Assembly: GCA_951406725.2 (NCBI GenBank)
Contig: OX597818.1
Location: 4,402,001 to 4,466,000, forward strand
Source of the DNA: Octopus vulgaris
Lineage: Eukaryota
DNA length: 64,000 nucleotides
Reading direction: 5' to 3'
Shown here: positions 40,529-54,502 of the stretch, piece after piece
How the letters are laid out: each line of letters starts with the position of its first letter
Numbering within the stretch: the stretch's first letter is position 1
Notes under the pieces: model-generated
Told to the model about the DNA's origin: nothing
Database searches by the model: none
The model's input: only the letters and a program-made list of their open reading frames with translations
Position numbers and translations under genes: made by a program

Positions 40529-41593
40529 CTACAAAAGGTGAAGTTTAGGTATAAGACAGGATCAGAAATTTTCAGTTGTTGCTAGGCGGTGATTTTGAAG
40601 TTCCACACACAATCGCATTGGAAGTGTTTCTGCAAAGATAGAGGACTTTCTAAGATTCAAAGAAGGAAATTTTATTTGCAGTAAATCATTGCTCTGCACC
40701 ATTGCAATAAGTTCATGATACTTTGAAAGATCAGAACTGTATAAACCCTTCAGTAACTTTTGACTAAATCCCTTTTTCTTTTCTTTTTTTTTTACTGTAA
40801 CTCATAATTCCTTTGAAAAAGATACAAATGTAACAGCGTTTCTTCTCTCTTCTTTAAATAAGAAAATGTATCAAAACAAAACAAAAGAAATAAACATATA
40901 GAAGAATAACCAACGGTATTTGTTAAGATAAATTTTATTAAGTTTTCTGTGTTGGTTGTAAACAGATTGAAATATTTTACGTTGTTTGTAAAGAAACTTA
41001 CTAAGCAAATCGTAATGGTGTTTTTAGTAAAAAAGGAATGAAATATAAAGAGCATTAACGCTTAACCTCTCTAGAAAAATGTTTAATTGTTGAAGAATAA
41101 ATAGCTAATACTGTGAATGCCTAATTAATTCAGATTTGATAAATATCAGACGATGAGCATTTTGCAGAGACAACAATCAATAATTAGAAGTAAAAAATTT
41201 GTATGTGGAGTAAATCAGTACCAGGACAGACATTGCATCAAATAGTTTTAGAGAATGTTCAAAAGGTTCTAGTTGGCATATATATATTTGAAGAGAGCAG
41301 TAGTTTTGAAATGAAACAATTCTTTAAAAAACGAATAAAAAGTTGATTAATATAAATTTTCAGGTTAATGATTTTAATAATTGGAGTTAATTTGAAGAAA
41401 TCAGGTGTTTTTATTACACTAAGAATTATAGCATGAATGTTTGATTTATTATATATATGTTATCTTAAAATCTACAGTTTAGATATATCTGCTACTTGAA
41501 CGAGACTGAGATAACAGATAATCTAAAGTCAATTATATGGATCAATTCCTTAGGCCTAAACTGGTTTCAATTAATCATATTTTTTAAATCCTG

Positions 41594-42239
41594 TTACACG
41601 GCCAAATTGAATCCTTTCGTCCATTCTAAAACATCTGAGTCATGCATGCTGCCACTACTATTACTTTTTGGAACCAAAGTAGTATTGTCACTTAGAAAAC
41701 CACTCTTAGATGTGCGGGTATCCTTTTTTACAAGAGCGTAGTCATCTCCATTGACATAAAAATGCTGAAGGTCACGAAATACGTCATCGTCACCTTTGCT
41801 TTCCTGGCTGTCCTTTCTTGTTAAAATGTCGGCATCAGAATTCTTCCGGCCAGTGAAAGTATTATCACCAATTTTCATGGTGCCCATGTCAGGATATTTA
41901 TTCTTTTCCTGAGTTGAATAGTCACTTTCTGGAAATTCGTCACCAGTTTTAGAAAACTGAAAAACATTGTCCTTGCTAGTTGCAGAGTCCATTGTCTTAC
42001 CAGACTCATTTCCTGATGAAATTAAAGAACTTTTCTTTTTTATGTGCTTTGAATTGGAACCAGTCTTTGAATCGTCAAGAAGATTATTTTCACTGTTCTT
42101 TGACCGACCATTCAGTGTTTCATTGTCTCCTTCACCAAAATTTTCTTTCAGGTACTGGAATGATGCTAAGGGTTCGTTTATGGCTTCACTGCTAGAGCGT
42201 TCTTCTCTCTCTGTATTCGCAGCCAGGCATCGTCGACGT
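41594..42239 (-). CDS. Terminal exon (cytoplasmic tail, ~214 aa) of an unidentified type I membrane protein
   Basis: CTAAAC...CTTCACCTTTTGTAG|A CGT CGA CGA. Open for 645 nt, RRRCLAANTEREERSS...NGDDYALVKK...GFNLAV*. Phase 2 matches the TM exon. Confidence 0.82.
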
Positions 42240-42632
42240 CTACAAAAGGTGAAGTTTAGGCATAAGACAGGATCAGAAATTTTCAGTTGTTGCTAGGAGG
42301 CGGTTTTGAAGTTCCACATACAATCGCATTGGAAGTATTTCTGCAAAGATAGAGGACTTTCTAAGATTCAAGGAAGGAAATTTTATTTGCAGTAAATCAT
42401 TGCTCTGCACCATTGCAATTGTTCATGATACTTTGAAAGATCAGAACTGTATAAACACTACAGTACTTTTTGACTAAATCCCTTTTTCTTTTCTTCTTTT
42501 TTTTTTTTACTTTACCAAAAAGTATTCATTTTAGTGGCACTGGAAACAAAAGGTAAACTTATGATTAAGTTGAGAATATGCATCAATTGCAAGGTGATTA
42601 TGTTTCACAGTTTACTAGTAGTATTCTAATAT

Positions 42633-43177
42633 CCAGTTCTATATTTAAGAGATGAGGAATTATGTACATTATTTACATTTGTCCTCATCTTGTTTGTTGT
42701 TAACACGTTTTGGCTGTTATACTCTCCAGCCTTCATCAGGTGTCTTGGGGAAATTTCGAACTTGGGTTCTCATTCCTAAGGTATTTTTCGATGTTGTTGT
42801 TGTTGTTGTTGTTATTATTATTCAGATCACTGCCTGGAATCGAACTCGGAATCTTGGGGTCAGTAGCCCGTGTTCTTAACCACTACGGCCATGGGCATAT
42901 GGTGTAGTGGTTAAGAGCGCGGGATACTAACCCCAAGATTCCGAGTTCGATTCCAGGCAGTGGTCTGAATAATAATAATAATAATGATAATAATAATAAT
43001 AATAATATAATAATAATAATAATAATAATAATGAGATTGAAAAATACCTTAGGAATGAGAACCCAGGTTCGAAATTTCCCCAAGTCACCCGATGAAGGCT
43101 GGAGGGTATATCAGCCAAAACGTTGTGTTAGCAACAAACAAGATGAGTACAAATATCCGTCAAATGTAAATAATGTA
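42633..43177. mobile_element. Palindromic tRNA-headed, hammerhead-tailed SINE (copy 1)
   Basis: Head-to-head arms about ~42892. Each arm is tRNA-like head, (AAT/AAC)n, hammerhead, then CAAATGTAAATAATGTA. 32-nt extra tail on the left arm. TSD TTCTAATAT (42624-42632, 43178-43186). Confidence 0.88.
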
Positions 43178-46156
43178 TTCTAATATTATTGAGAAAAGCA
43201 TAAATGCCACAGGAACCCATTTATCTTACTCTTAACAGTTTTGATCAAGTTTGTTGGAGGTTGCTTTGCAAAAGAAATATATATTCTCAAGCTAAATTAT
43301 AATTGACTGCACGTCTATGTGTTTTATAATTATATATAATGGTTGGTCGTATTGTGTATCACACAATACACTGAGAGTGCATGCTATATGTGGCTTATGT
43401 GCAATTTTTGTAGGAGTGTACGTTTTGTACACGTCCTACTATTTCTGTAGTTCCGTATGGTTGCTAATTTCCTTCCACTCACATTCCTAACTGCAAATCA
43501 ACTCCCAATAATATATTTTTATCTACAAACTTTTATGGATTAACTTTTGCCGTAGTAGACCACCTTTTTCCTTGGATGCCAAATTTACTTTACTGCACCA
43601 TATATTGTAGTCTCTCCATCTCACTATATGTCTAACTTAAAGCTATTGACCTATTTACTTAGGATTTACACCACAATCACTTTACCTTTTCTAACCTACC
43701 ATTATATACACTTCTTCAGCCTGTGATTCTATTGCCACGTCATTGGACATGTTTTTAGTCTTCTCACCAGTGTATGCAACTCACTTTTTATACACGACTG
43801 TATGCGTTCCATGTATTTCAAATGACTCAGTTTGCAAACCCAAAGTTACCCACTTTAATAAGCTTAACCAAGAAGATTTCGATTTCTTTAATAACTTCAA
43901 AACGCACAAACTCCAAGAATTTGCCGATCACTCCACACCGCTTTCTGCTGTAATCCCTTTACTTAGCAACTTATACATCTCTGGCTCGAAACTTTGCAGG
44001 GGTTTCCTCTTGTTTCATTTACATACACTGTAGACGTGCCGAAACCGAGTGCAAGTTCAACACTTCCTCTTGCAACATGCAACGCGGTTCCCAGAATTTT
44101 TACTGTTTCAAGGATTTCAATCAGCATCGTTCAAACTGGACAACTCACTTGCAGACGATTTCCCCTCCATCCCACCTCTATCTGCCAGCATTACTACTTG
44201 AAGTGTTCCATAATTCATCTGTAATTTTGCAACCATGGTATGAAATCTGTACTCTTTCTCTTAGAAGAATAGTACAAGTGTCTGAAACGCCTGGCAGGAA
44301 GTTAACTCACTGAAATATTTTTCTACGAACTTTTATGAAAGCTATAATGAGGATCTAACCAGATGCAATATTAAATTTAGTGAATCTGTTACCATCGAAA
44401 GGGACCAACAGCAAAGGCGGATTAGTTAGTGTTGAGTGTATAACACTAATAGAAATGGAAATCATGTCAATAACTATGTCTAAACTAAAGGATACGCCAC
44501 AATGTTCATCCTGATCTTGCAGAACAGGATGCATATATGGAAAATTAAAATTAAAAGCATTTTTGCCAATTAGTTTGTACCTTTGATTGGATATGCATGT
44601 AGTGATGTTTTTAAGGTAAACAAAGCAAAAAATTCTGAAAGGTAACGGGGTCTTTGGAGTTGGATTAAGTTGCCATTCAATAAGTGACCAGAAGTTAATT
44701 TTGTTGCTACAGTCGAAATTGGATCCTTTCTTACTCGAAAGTGATACTGAAGTAAAAGCTATTACTAGTTAAGGTAATCGGTTATATGCTACCTTGCTTT
44801 TACTGGAGTTCATGACGATGTGATGTGTAGTCCAATAATTTGATTTGGTAGGCAATATATCTTCTGTGAATTTTCAACTTACTTTTTTCTGTTAAAAAAT
44901 AATATTCATTAGTATGTTATGGTCATAAAAAATTATACGACTCATTTGAAACGTTCTAATGTTTATGAATTTTAACAATACTAAAGTGACTATCTAAAAA
45001 TATGATTCTGGTATCCAGTTTTTAGATTAAATCCAAATTGACAGAGGTTGAGGGAAAGTGATATACTTTTCATCCTTTTCACATCGATAAAACGAAGATT
45101 ATTGTTGTTTAGTCCGAGGCCCTGAAAGAATAACTATGATCAAAGACGCTTCAACCAGGAGAATCCTGGCTAAAACGTCCTTTTTCTTTCTACATGTATG
45201 ACATATATTTCTTGAAAAATCAAGTAACCACAAAGAAAGTCCTGCTTTAGCCCAAATGTCATGTAATAATATGAATACATGATTTTAACAGCTTCCAATA
45301 AAATTTGACAATTGTGAATAACTTTAATGTATTTTATAATTTTAAAACTTTTAAATCAGATGACCTTCAAATATATTTTATGTTGGCAAGCCTATCAGTA
45401 AGGATGACAGAATAGAGGGTAGTGAACGACCAGTGGCGTTCTGACGATGGCCAAAATACATACCTCAACTGCCGAGTCATTAATTATGAATCTACTGACG
45501 GTAAGGAACAGTTTAAAAAGTTTTTCCGTGCATAAACTAATAGCGTAGACCAGTTTCCTATCTAGGGAAAATTTACTTTATTTTTTGTTCAAAGGCATTG
45601 AGGCTTTTTCTGTGGATTCTTTATATAAGCTGAAAGACTCGAGTTCAGAGAGAGAATAGAGAATGATAACGTTTATGTCTTTTCAAAGGTAAGTTGTGAA
45701 ATAAATAAAGTAAATTAGCAGAGCAGTTTTAAATGCCTTGTGGTATTTAGCAATGTTTCGATTTGAAATCGAGCTAGAGTCTTAATAGTAATTGTACCAA
45801 CCTAATACTGAAGTCGATATAATTGACTGATCCCTCCCTCACCAAATGTGTAACCTCGTGCCTCTATTGGAAATAAAATAATTTTAAAATACCACATGGA
45901 CGTGAAATTCGTTTCTATTATGTTTATGTCTTCTAAAGAACAGTGTAGGAAAGGATTAGAAACTGGGCTGCTCACTTGGAACCTCTTAGATTGTCCACAT
46001 ATTTACAAATAATGGTGTATAGAGTGTAAATAAGGGTGTATGCTAATAGTCTCCTTAGCTAATCTTGAATGCATTTACTCTTTCAAAGTTCTATCATATA
46101 ATTCATTAATTCTTTCAATTTTGGAACCTTATTCTGAAAACAGCAGTTGTAGCAAA

Positions 46157-46604
46157 GACCTAAAATGGTTCCTACGGGTTAACTGATATTCTCGTTTTTT
46201 CACTTTCTTGCACTTCCATCATTCTTTAACGAGCTCTAGTAGTATTTTTATTCTCTAATTCTTTCTTATCTCTGTATTTTCTTACATGAGTTTTTTCTAT
46301 TTGTTTATTTCTTATAACCTGTCATGAGTTTGTTATTCATACGAACTTCAACTGTTTGATTTCGATTGTAATCAATGCAATTTTACTGTACCTAAGTCCA
46401 AACCTCTTCCAGTATTCACTAAAAACTAGCCTGCTCTAGATTATCTCCATTTGTTTACATTCTTTTTACACAATGGGTCGCAAGAATTAGATAAGAAAGA
46501 ATTAGAGAATAAAAATACTACTAGAGCTCGTTAAAGAATGATGGAAGTGCAAGAAAGTGAAAAAACGAGAATATCAGTTAACCCGTGGGAACCATTTTAG
46601 GTCT
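46157..46604. repeat. About 115-bp near-perfect inverted repeat with ~220-bp spacer; possible PLE remnant
   Basis: 46157-46271 is the reverse complement of 46489-46604, with one visible mismatch. Confidence 0.8.
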
Positions 46605-47489
46605 TGTAATGGAAGAAATTAAAAGAAGACTCTCCATAAGCAATATAAAGGAAAAAGTAATTTAAATATATCCCTCAGATCTATCTATCTATCTATCCAT
46701 CCATCCATCCATCCATCTATCTACACACACATGCACACGCACTTACACACACACACACACACACACACAAGCATATGCAAACGCAGGTTATGTTTAGCCG
46801 AGAAAAGAATCATAAAATTCTCGGTGCCTGAAAATCTATCTAAACTGGAGGAATGAGATTTTATCCTTTGCCTACATGAGAGAAAGGATAAATTATCTTA
46901 TCTACGGATGTCACCACAACTATAATCACTAAATTCTCCACCTCCGGCCCTCCCACTCTCACATCCTGAGAATCCAGGAAAGAGTTTAACCAAAACATGC
47001 ACAAATGAACACACATATGTAACTTTAAGTTCAAATATGGGCTTAATGGTTTGGGTACCCGACAATATCTCCGTCTTCTCGAAAACCCTTACACATACAC
47101 CGGCCTTACACAAATACAAATCTCTATCTCCTGCAGCATATATTTTTACCAGACTCGTTCTGCCTTACAACATCTTAAATAATTTGGCGGGCAAGAGACA
47201 ATTCATGATAAATCACTTGCCCATTTCGTGACAAACAAGACGTGACATTTTTCACCCCCAATAACAGGGAAGAATAACCATATTTTTACATATCTGCCAT
47301 CTCTGTTATTTAATATCCTGTTGTCTTATACCCAGTGTCTAATCAATTGGTAAAATCGGTTGAAATAGATCTATAAGTTTCTATACTTTGATTAGTATAC
47401 CCACCCTATTGTTAAATATATGAGTGCATATTTTTCAGTTTTATGGATTCTTAATTGACTATACACACACACACACACACATACATATA

Positions 47490-47625
47490 TAGAACGGGCT
47501 TCTTTCAGTTTCCGTCTACCAAATCCACCCACAAGGCTTTGGTCGGCGCGAGGTTATAGTAGAAGACACTTGCCCAAGGTGCCATGTGGCTGGTAGGCAA
47601 GCTACTTACCACACAGCCACTCCTA
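47490..47625 (-). mobile_element. SINE family A, 5' half with internal deletion
   Basis: ACGGGCTTCTTTCAGTTTCCGTCTACC...CTTACCACACAGCCACTCCT. Confidence 0.8.
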
Positions 47626-47630
47626 ATATA

Positions 47631-47700
<70 letters not shown>

Positions 47701-47719
47701 TGTATATATATATTTTATA

Positions 47720-48365
47720 TATCTCTCTTTCCCCGTCTGTCTTGATAGACAATGGGTTGCGCCAAGGGTGGGGCCTACTTTGATGATGTCCAGCGTCTGC
47801 TGTGACTGAACAGTCCAATTCTAGAGTGGCAGTCCTTGGTACATTTGCTGCACACGAACATCGATGAGTACGTGTGGGGTGTTGCTGCAGTTGTCCTCCT
47901 CCTGTCCCGCCTGTCCAACCACAGCTGTGCTCTCCTCTCCTCAGCCATGGAAACGCCTTTCCTCACCGTCCGACGCCAGGCAGAGCGGTCAGCAGCTGTT
48001 TCCTCCCACGTGTTCACACAGATGTTGGCAGTCCTCAGGTCGCGCTTGCACACGTCTCTGTATCGTAGCTGTGGACGTCCCTTGGGTCGGGATCCCGTGG
48101 TGAGTTCGCTGTACAGGATGTCTTTAGGCATGCGACCGTCCTGCATGCGGCAGACGTGTCCGAGCCAGCGCAGTCGTCTCTGCACGAGGAGGGCATACAT
48201 GCTTGGCATATTAGTCTGTTCCAGGATGACTCCGTTTGGTACTCGGTCCTTCCAGGAGATGCCAAGGATCCGTCGAAGACACCGCATGTGGAAGCCGCTG
48301 AGGCGGCATTCCTGCCGGGTGTATGTTGTCCAGCTCTCGCTGGACAACATACACCCGGCAGGAAT
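47720..48365 (-). mobile_element. GC-rich RTE-BovB-like LINE 3' fragment with fold-back 5' end
   Basis: Uninterrupted ORF 47775-48350 ESWTTY...FHMRCLRRILGISW...RLRWLGHV...CSKCTKDCHSRIGLFSH. Flanked by (TA)n on both sides. Confidence 0.92.
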
Positions 48366-48530
48366 ATATTATATATATGTATATATATATGTATATATAT
48401 GTATATATATATCTATCTATATAATATCTATATAATATCTATATCTATCTATCTGTCTGTCTGTCTGTCTGTCTGTCCGTCCGTCCGTCCGTCCGGCCAT
48501 CCATCCATCCATCCATCCATCCATCCATCC

Positions 48531-48588
<58 letters not shown>

Positions 48589-49450
48589 ATATATATATAA
48601 GCTTATGCTATGGATTTTGCATAACGTTTTAGTTTTACATAAATGTGAGTTTAGAAATACTCCCCAGTAAATGCTATATTACATCACAATTATCTGTTAC
48701 TTTTATCATTAAAATACATATTTCTGTTTATTTTCCCTCTATTAATAATTTACATCATAATTTTAATCAATAGAATTTCTTTGCAACGCCAAATTTTTAG
48801 TTTAACGGTTAAAATTTGAATTTGCAACATTATTATACATATTTCTACTTATTTGTCTTAAAATTATCATTTACGCATTGATTTAAAGTGATAGAATTCT
48901 TGTAACACTAAAATTTTAGTTAATATTTAACTTGTTTCTTTTGTCTAATTTTAGTTTAGTTTAATTTTAATTCGAAATTTTTAAAGTATAAGTTTAATTT
49001 TTAGTTTAACGTCAAAAATTCCATTTAACTGACATTAATAAGATAAATAACGTTTTTACTTTTCATAAATATTGGTTAATTTTATCTGATTATTTATTTA
49101 TTTAAATAAATTAACCACATAAATTAATTTTTTCCTTCATATATATATTTTTCCTATATTTTCCTATTTTTAGTCTTTTTAAAATGATCTCCCCAATACT
49201 GGAAATCTTTTATATAGAGGATAAAATTTTCTTTAGTACTGGTATTCATTAATAAGAATTATATCCTCTACATTGGAAATCATATTAATAGAGGACATAA
49301 TTTATTCACAAGCCATGTTTAATTTGTGGAGTTAACTGGCACTCATCAATAAGATAAGTTATGCTTCTACTTTTTTTAATACTGTTAAATCTTATAGATT
49401 ATTTCTAAATGTATAGTTTAATTATAATGTCTTCATTTATATTGTAAATA

Positions 49451-49561
49451 GCCACCTGAAGAGTGGCTATGTATCGTTGGCTCGAAGAAATATTAATTTT
49501 TGAAATTATCGATTTTGATATTGTCGATTTAAATATATCGTCATGAAACGCGCGTCGTCGT
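49451..49561 (+). ncRNA. Minimal type I hammerhead ribozyme (third PLE-type family)
   Basis: GCCAC CTGAAGA (49456-49462) GTGGC...GTCAT GAAAC GCGC GTC|GTCGT. Palindromic stem III ACGCGCGT; one stem I mismatch. Confidence 0.75.
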
Positions 49562-49797
49562 TTTAATCTGTATTATTTAGTCGAGCAAATCGACCCCAGG
49601 ACTTATTCTTTGTAAGCCTAGTACTTATTCTATCGGTCTCTTTTGCCGAACCGCTAAGTTACGGGGACGTAGACATACCAGCATCGGGTGTCAAGTTATG
49701 TTGGGTGGGGGGACAGACACAGACAAATAAACACACACACATATATACACATATACATATATACGACGGGCTTCTTTCAGTTTCCGTCTGCCAAATC

Positions 49798-50656
<859 letters not shown>

Positions 50657-51174
50657 TTCCTCTTCCGGACAATTTTTACTTAAAAAAGGCAGCCCCAACA
50701 TTGCTCTCTCATTCATTCATCTAGCACCCGAGCGCAGATAAGTTTGAATGCTTATTTATTTTCACTTCTCGATCGATCATACATGCTTTCTTATCTATCT
50801 AACTATTTCTATCTAATTTCTCTATCTATCTAATTATTTTAACTAATTTATCCATTTCTCCTCTCCAATATAATCAACCATCGTGTATTCGCCATCTTGA
50901 AGCCTGTTCCTTTAATACACTTCCGCCTTGTCCAAAAATTCCTCTTCCGGACAATTTTTACTTAAAAAAGGCAGCCCCAACATTGCTCTCTCATTCATTC
51001 ATCTAGCACCCGAGCGCAGATAAGTTTGAATGCTTATTTATTTTCACTTCTCGATCGATCATACATGCTTTCTTATCTATCTAACTATTTCTATCTAATT
51101 TCTCTATCTATCTAATTATTTTAACTAATTTATCCATTTCTCCTCTCCAATATAATCAACCATCGTGTATTCGC
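50657..51174. repeat. 236-bp direct repeat, period 282 bp
   Basis: 50657-50892 repeats at 50939-51174 with no visible mismatch; 46-bp spacer. Confidence 0.9.
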
Positions 51175-51421
51175 GGTGCACCCGCCCTGCCCACCCCCAC
51201 CACCAATACCGGATATCTCTATATTTTTGCTCCATCTATACCGGATGTCGCTTCTCCCACCACCATTATAGGTGTCTACTCTTCGAACCCCTCTTCAATA
51301 CGCTATTTCACCATGCATTACCCCTCTCTTGATATCCTACGTTCTACTTGCCTAGAACCTGTCATCATTTCTCTGAACCACCCCTCCCCACTGGTGCTCC
51401 CCTATATTTCTGCACCCCCCT

Positions 51422-52423
<1,002 letters not shown>

Positions 52424-52646
52424 TTCAACACGTAAATACTGATAGAACAGCATATAGAGGATAAAATCCTTTTAGAGCAGAAAAAATTTGTCAGCAACCA
52501 GCCATAAGGTCTTTCTGCTTTTAAAGGATTTTATCCTCTATATGCTGGTCTATCAGTATTTATGCATTGAAAAATACATGTTTCCACGTATACTACTATA
52601 CATTTCAACGCTTCAAAAACAAACGTATGTTTGTTTACATACGACG

Positions 52647-52728
<82 letters not shown>

Positions 52729-52729
<1 letters not shown>

Positions 52730-52792
52730 TTCGATGGGTGCATGAATTATCCTATTTATTAACATCTTCGTTCAACTCCATTTATTTATTTA

Positions 52793-52800
<8 letters not shown>
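52729..52800. mobile_element. About 70-bp inverted mini-copy of the 17762-19001 Penelope family inside (TA)n
   Basis: TTTCGATGGGTGCATGAATTATCCTAT is the reverse complement of ~18975-19001, fused to a direct copy of ~18803-18850. Confidence 0.8.
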
Positions 52801-52832
<32 letters not shown>

Positions 52833-52834
<2 letters not shown>

Positions 52835-53103
52835 CAGGAGTAGCTCTATGTGCAGTAGTGGTAAGTAGACGGAAACTAAAAGAAGCCCGTGGTATATATA
52901 TGTTTGTGTGTCTGAGTTTGTCCCCCTACCATTGCTTGACAACTGATGTTGGTGTGTTTACGTCTCCGTAACTTAGCAGTTTGTCAAAAGGAACCAATAG
53001 ATTGAGTACTAGGCTTACAAAGAATAAGTTCTGGGGTCGATTTGTTCGACTAAAGGTGGTGCTCCAGAATGGCCGCAGTCAAATGATTGAAGCAAATAAA
53101 AGA
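52833..53103 (+). mobile_element. SINE family A with internal deletion
   Basis: GTAGACGGAAACTAAAAGAAGCCCGT...GGGGTCGATTTGTTCGACTAAAGG...AGTCAAATGATTGAAGC. Confidence 0.8.
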
Positions 53104-53352
53104 AAATATATATATATACATTGCCAATATAACATATATCAGAATAAGAAGCACACTCTAAAGAATAGAGTATGCATCAAAAGAGAAAGTTAAAGTCTGG
53201 TCATAGAGTGACCAACGGTTTCGTATCCATGAAAGTTATAACCTTCTGGACAGCTCATCACACTCTATACAAAGACAATTTTAACTTTTTACCTTGCGGA
53301 GATGGAGAAACAGTAGGACAAAATGGTCAAACTGCTAACAAAGAAAAAAGTT

Positions 53353-53523
53353 CAGTTCTATACTTAAGAGATGAGGAATTATGTACATTATTTACATTTG
53401 ATGGATATTTGTCCTCATCTTGTTTGTTGTTAACACAACGTTTCGGCTTATAAACCCTCCATCTTTCATCAGGTGTCTTGGGGAAATTTCGAACTTGGGT
53501 TCTCATTCCTAAGGTATTTTTGA

Positions 53524-53576
<53 letters not shown>

Positions 53577-53719
53577 TTCAGGTCACTGCCTGGAATCAAA
53601 CTAGGAATCTTGGGGATAGTAGCCTGCGCTCTTAACCACTACGCCATATGCCCATGGTCGTAGTCATTAAGAACACAGGCTACTAACCCCAAGATTCCGA
53701 GTTTGATTCGAGGCAGTGA

Positions 53720-53784
<65 letters not shown>

Positions 53785-54502
53785 GCCTTGATGCAGTACC
53801 AGGCAGTGGCTCTCATGGCTTCTGATCTTAACTGATTGGAAGTGTTATCATGTACATTATTTTGTCTTGGTATAAAAGATGGGCTACAGCAAATATTCTG
53901 CTTAATACCACAGATTTGCTTGTCAGTTGTTTGACCTTAACCAGTTGAGCATGTCCCTTAGTGGCTGACGATATGTGCATCTCTGATCACGAGCAGAAGT
54001 AGTGGGGGAGCATCATAGCCGTGTGTTGAGAGGAATTCTTGGAGGCTTGGATAGTTCACCTTTGGAAACATGGGTGATTCGTTCAACATCCTTAAACAAA
54101 CCTTATTCAGGGACCTTTTGAGCGGGATGGGCTACTCGACCAGAAGAAAATTCTAACTGGGCCCCACCTGTAAGGTCATGCACTGTTTATCTTGATATGA
54201 GATCACCATGTTGCGCACATATGGTTGTGATGCATGTGCCTGGTGTACCCTTATCAGACGGGTAGTCATGATGGGTATACTGGGCTTCGTATATTTTTCC
54301 CCAGTGTCACTTTGATGGCATGCACTGCTCTCTCACTTAATGATAATAATAATAATAATAAATTCGAAAAATACCTTAGGAATGAGAACCCAGGTTTGAA
54401 ATTTCCCCAGGACACCTGATGAAGGCTGGATGGTATATCAGCCGAAACGTGTTAAGAACAAACAAGGTGAGGACAAATATCCATCAAATGTAAATAATGT
54501 AC
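53353..54502. mobile_element. Palindromic tRNA-headed, hammerhead-tailed SINE (copy 2); right arm interrupted
   Basis: Same ends as copy 1 (CAGTTCTATA...; ...AAATAATGTAC), centre ~53653, 30-nt left tail, TSD AAGAAAAAAGTT (53341-53352, 54503-54514). Confidence 0.88.
53783..54337. mobile_element. Unclassified ~555-bp insertion within the (AAT)n tract of the palindromic SINE
   Basis: Absent from the other three arms; flanked by (AAT)n on both sides; no long ORF. Confidence 0.75.

Noticed and set aside
41594-41992. Stand-alone 132-aa gene
   Set aside because: The frame stays open upstream to a strong acceptor at 42239/42240 that is in phase with the TM exon.
42893-42965. Apparent tRNA genes (also 42825-42892, 53580-53720, 31770-31840)
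   Set aside because: A and B boxes are present, but acceptor and anticodon stems do not pair properly and each is the head of a SINE.
45423-45470. Hammerhead at CTGACGA
   Set aside because: No GAAA box and no convincing stems I and III.
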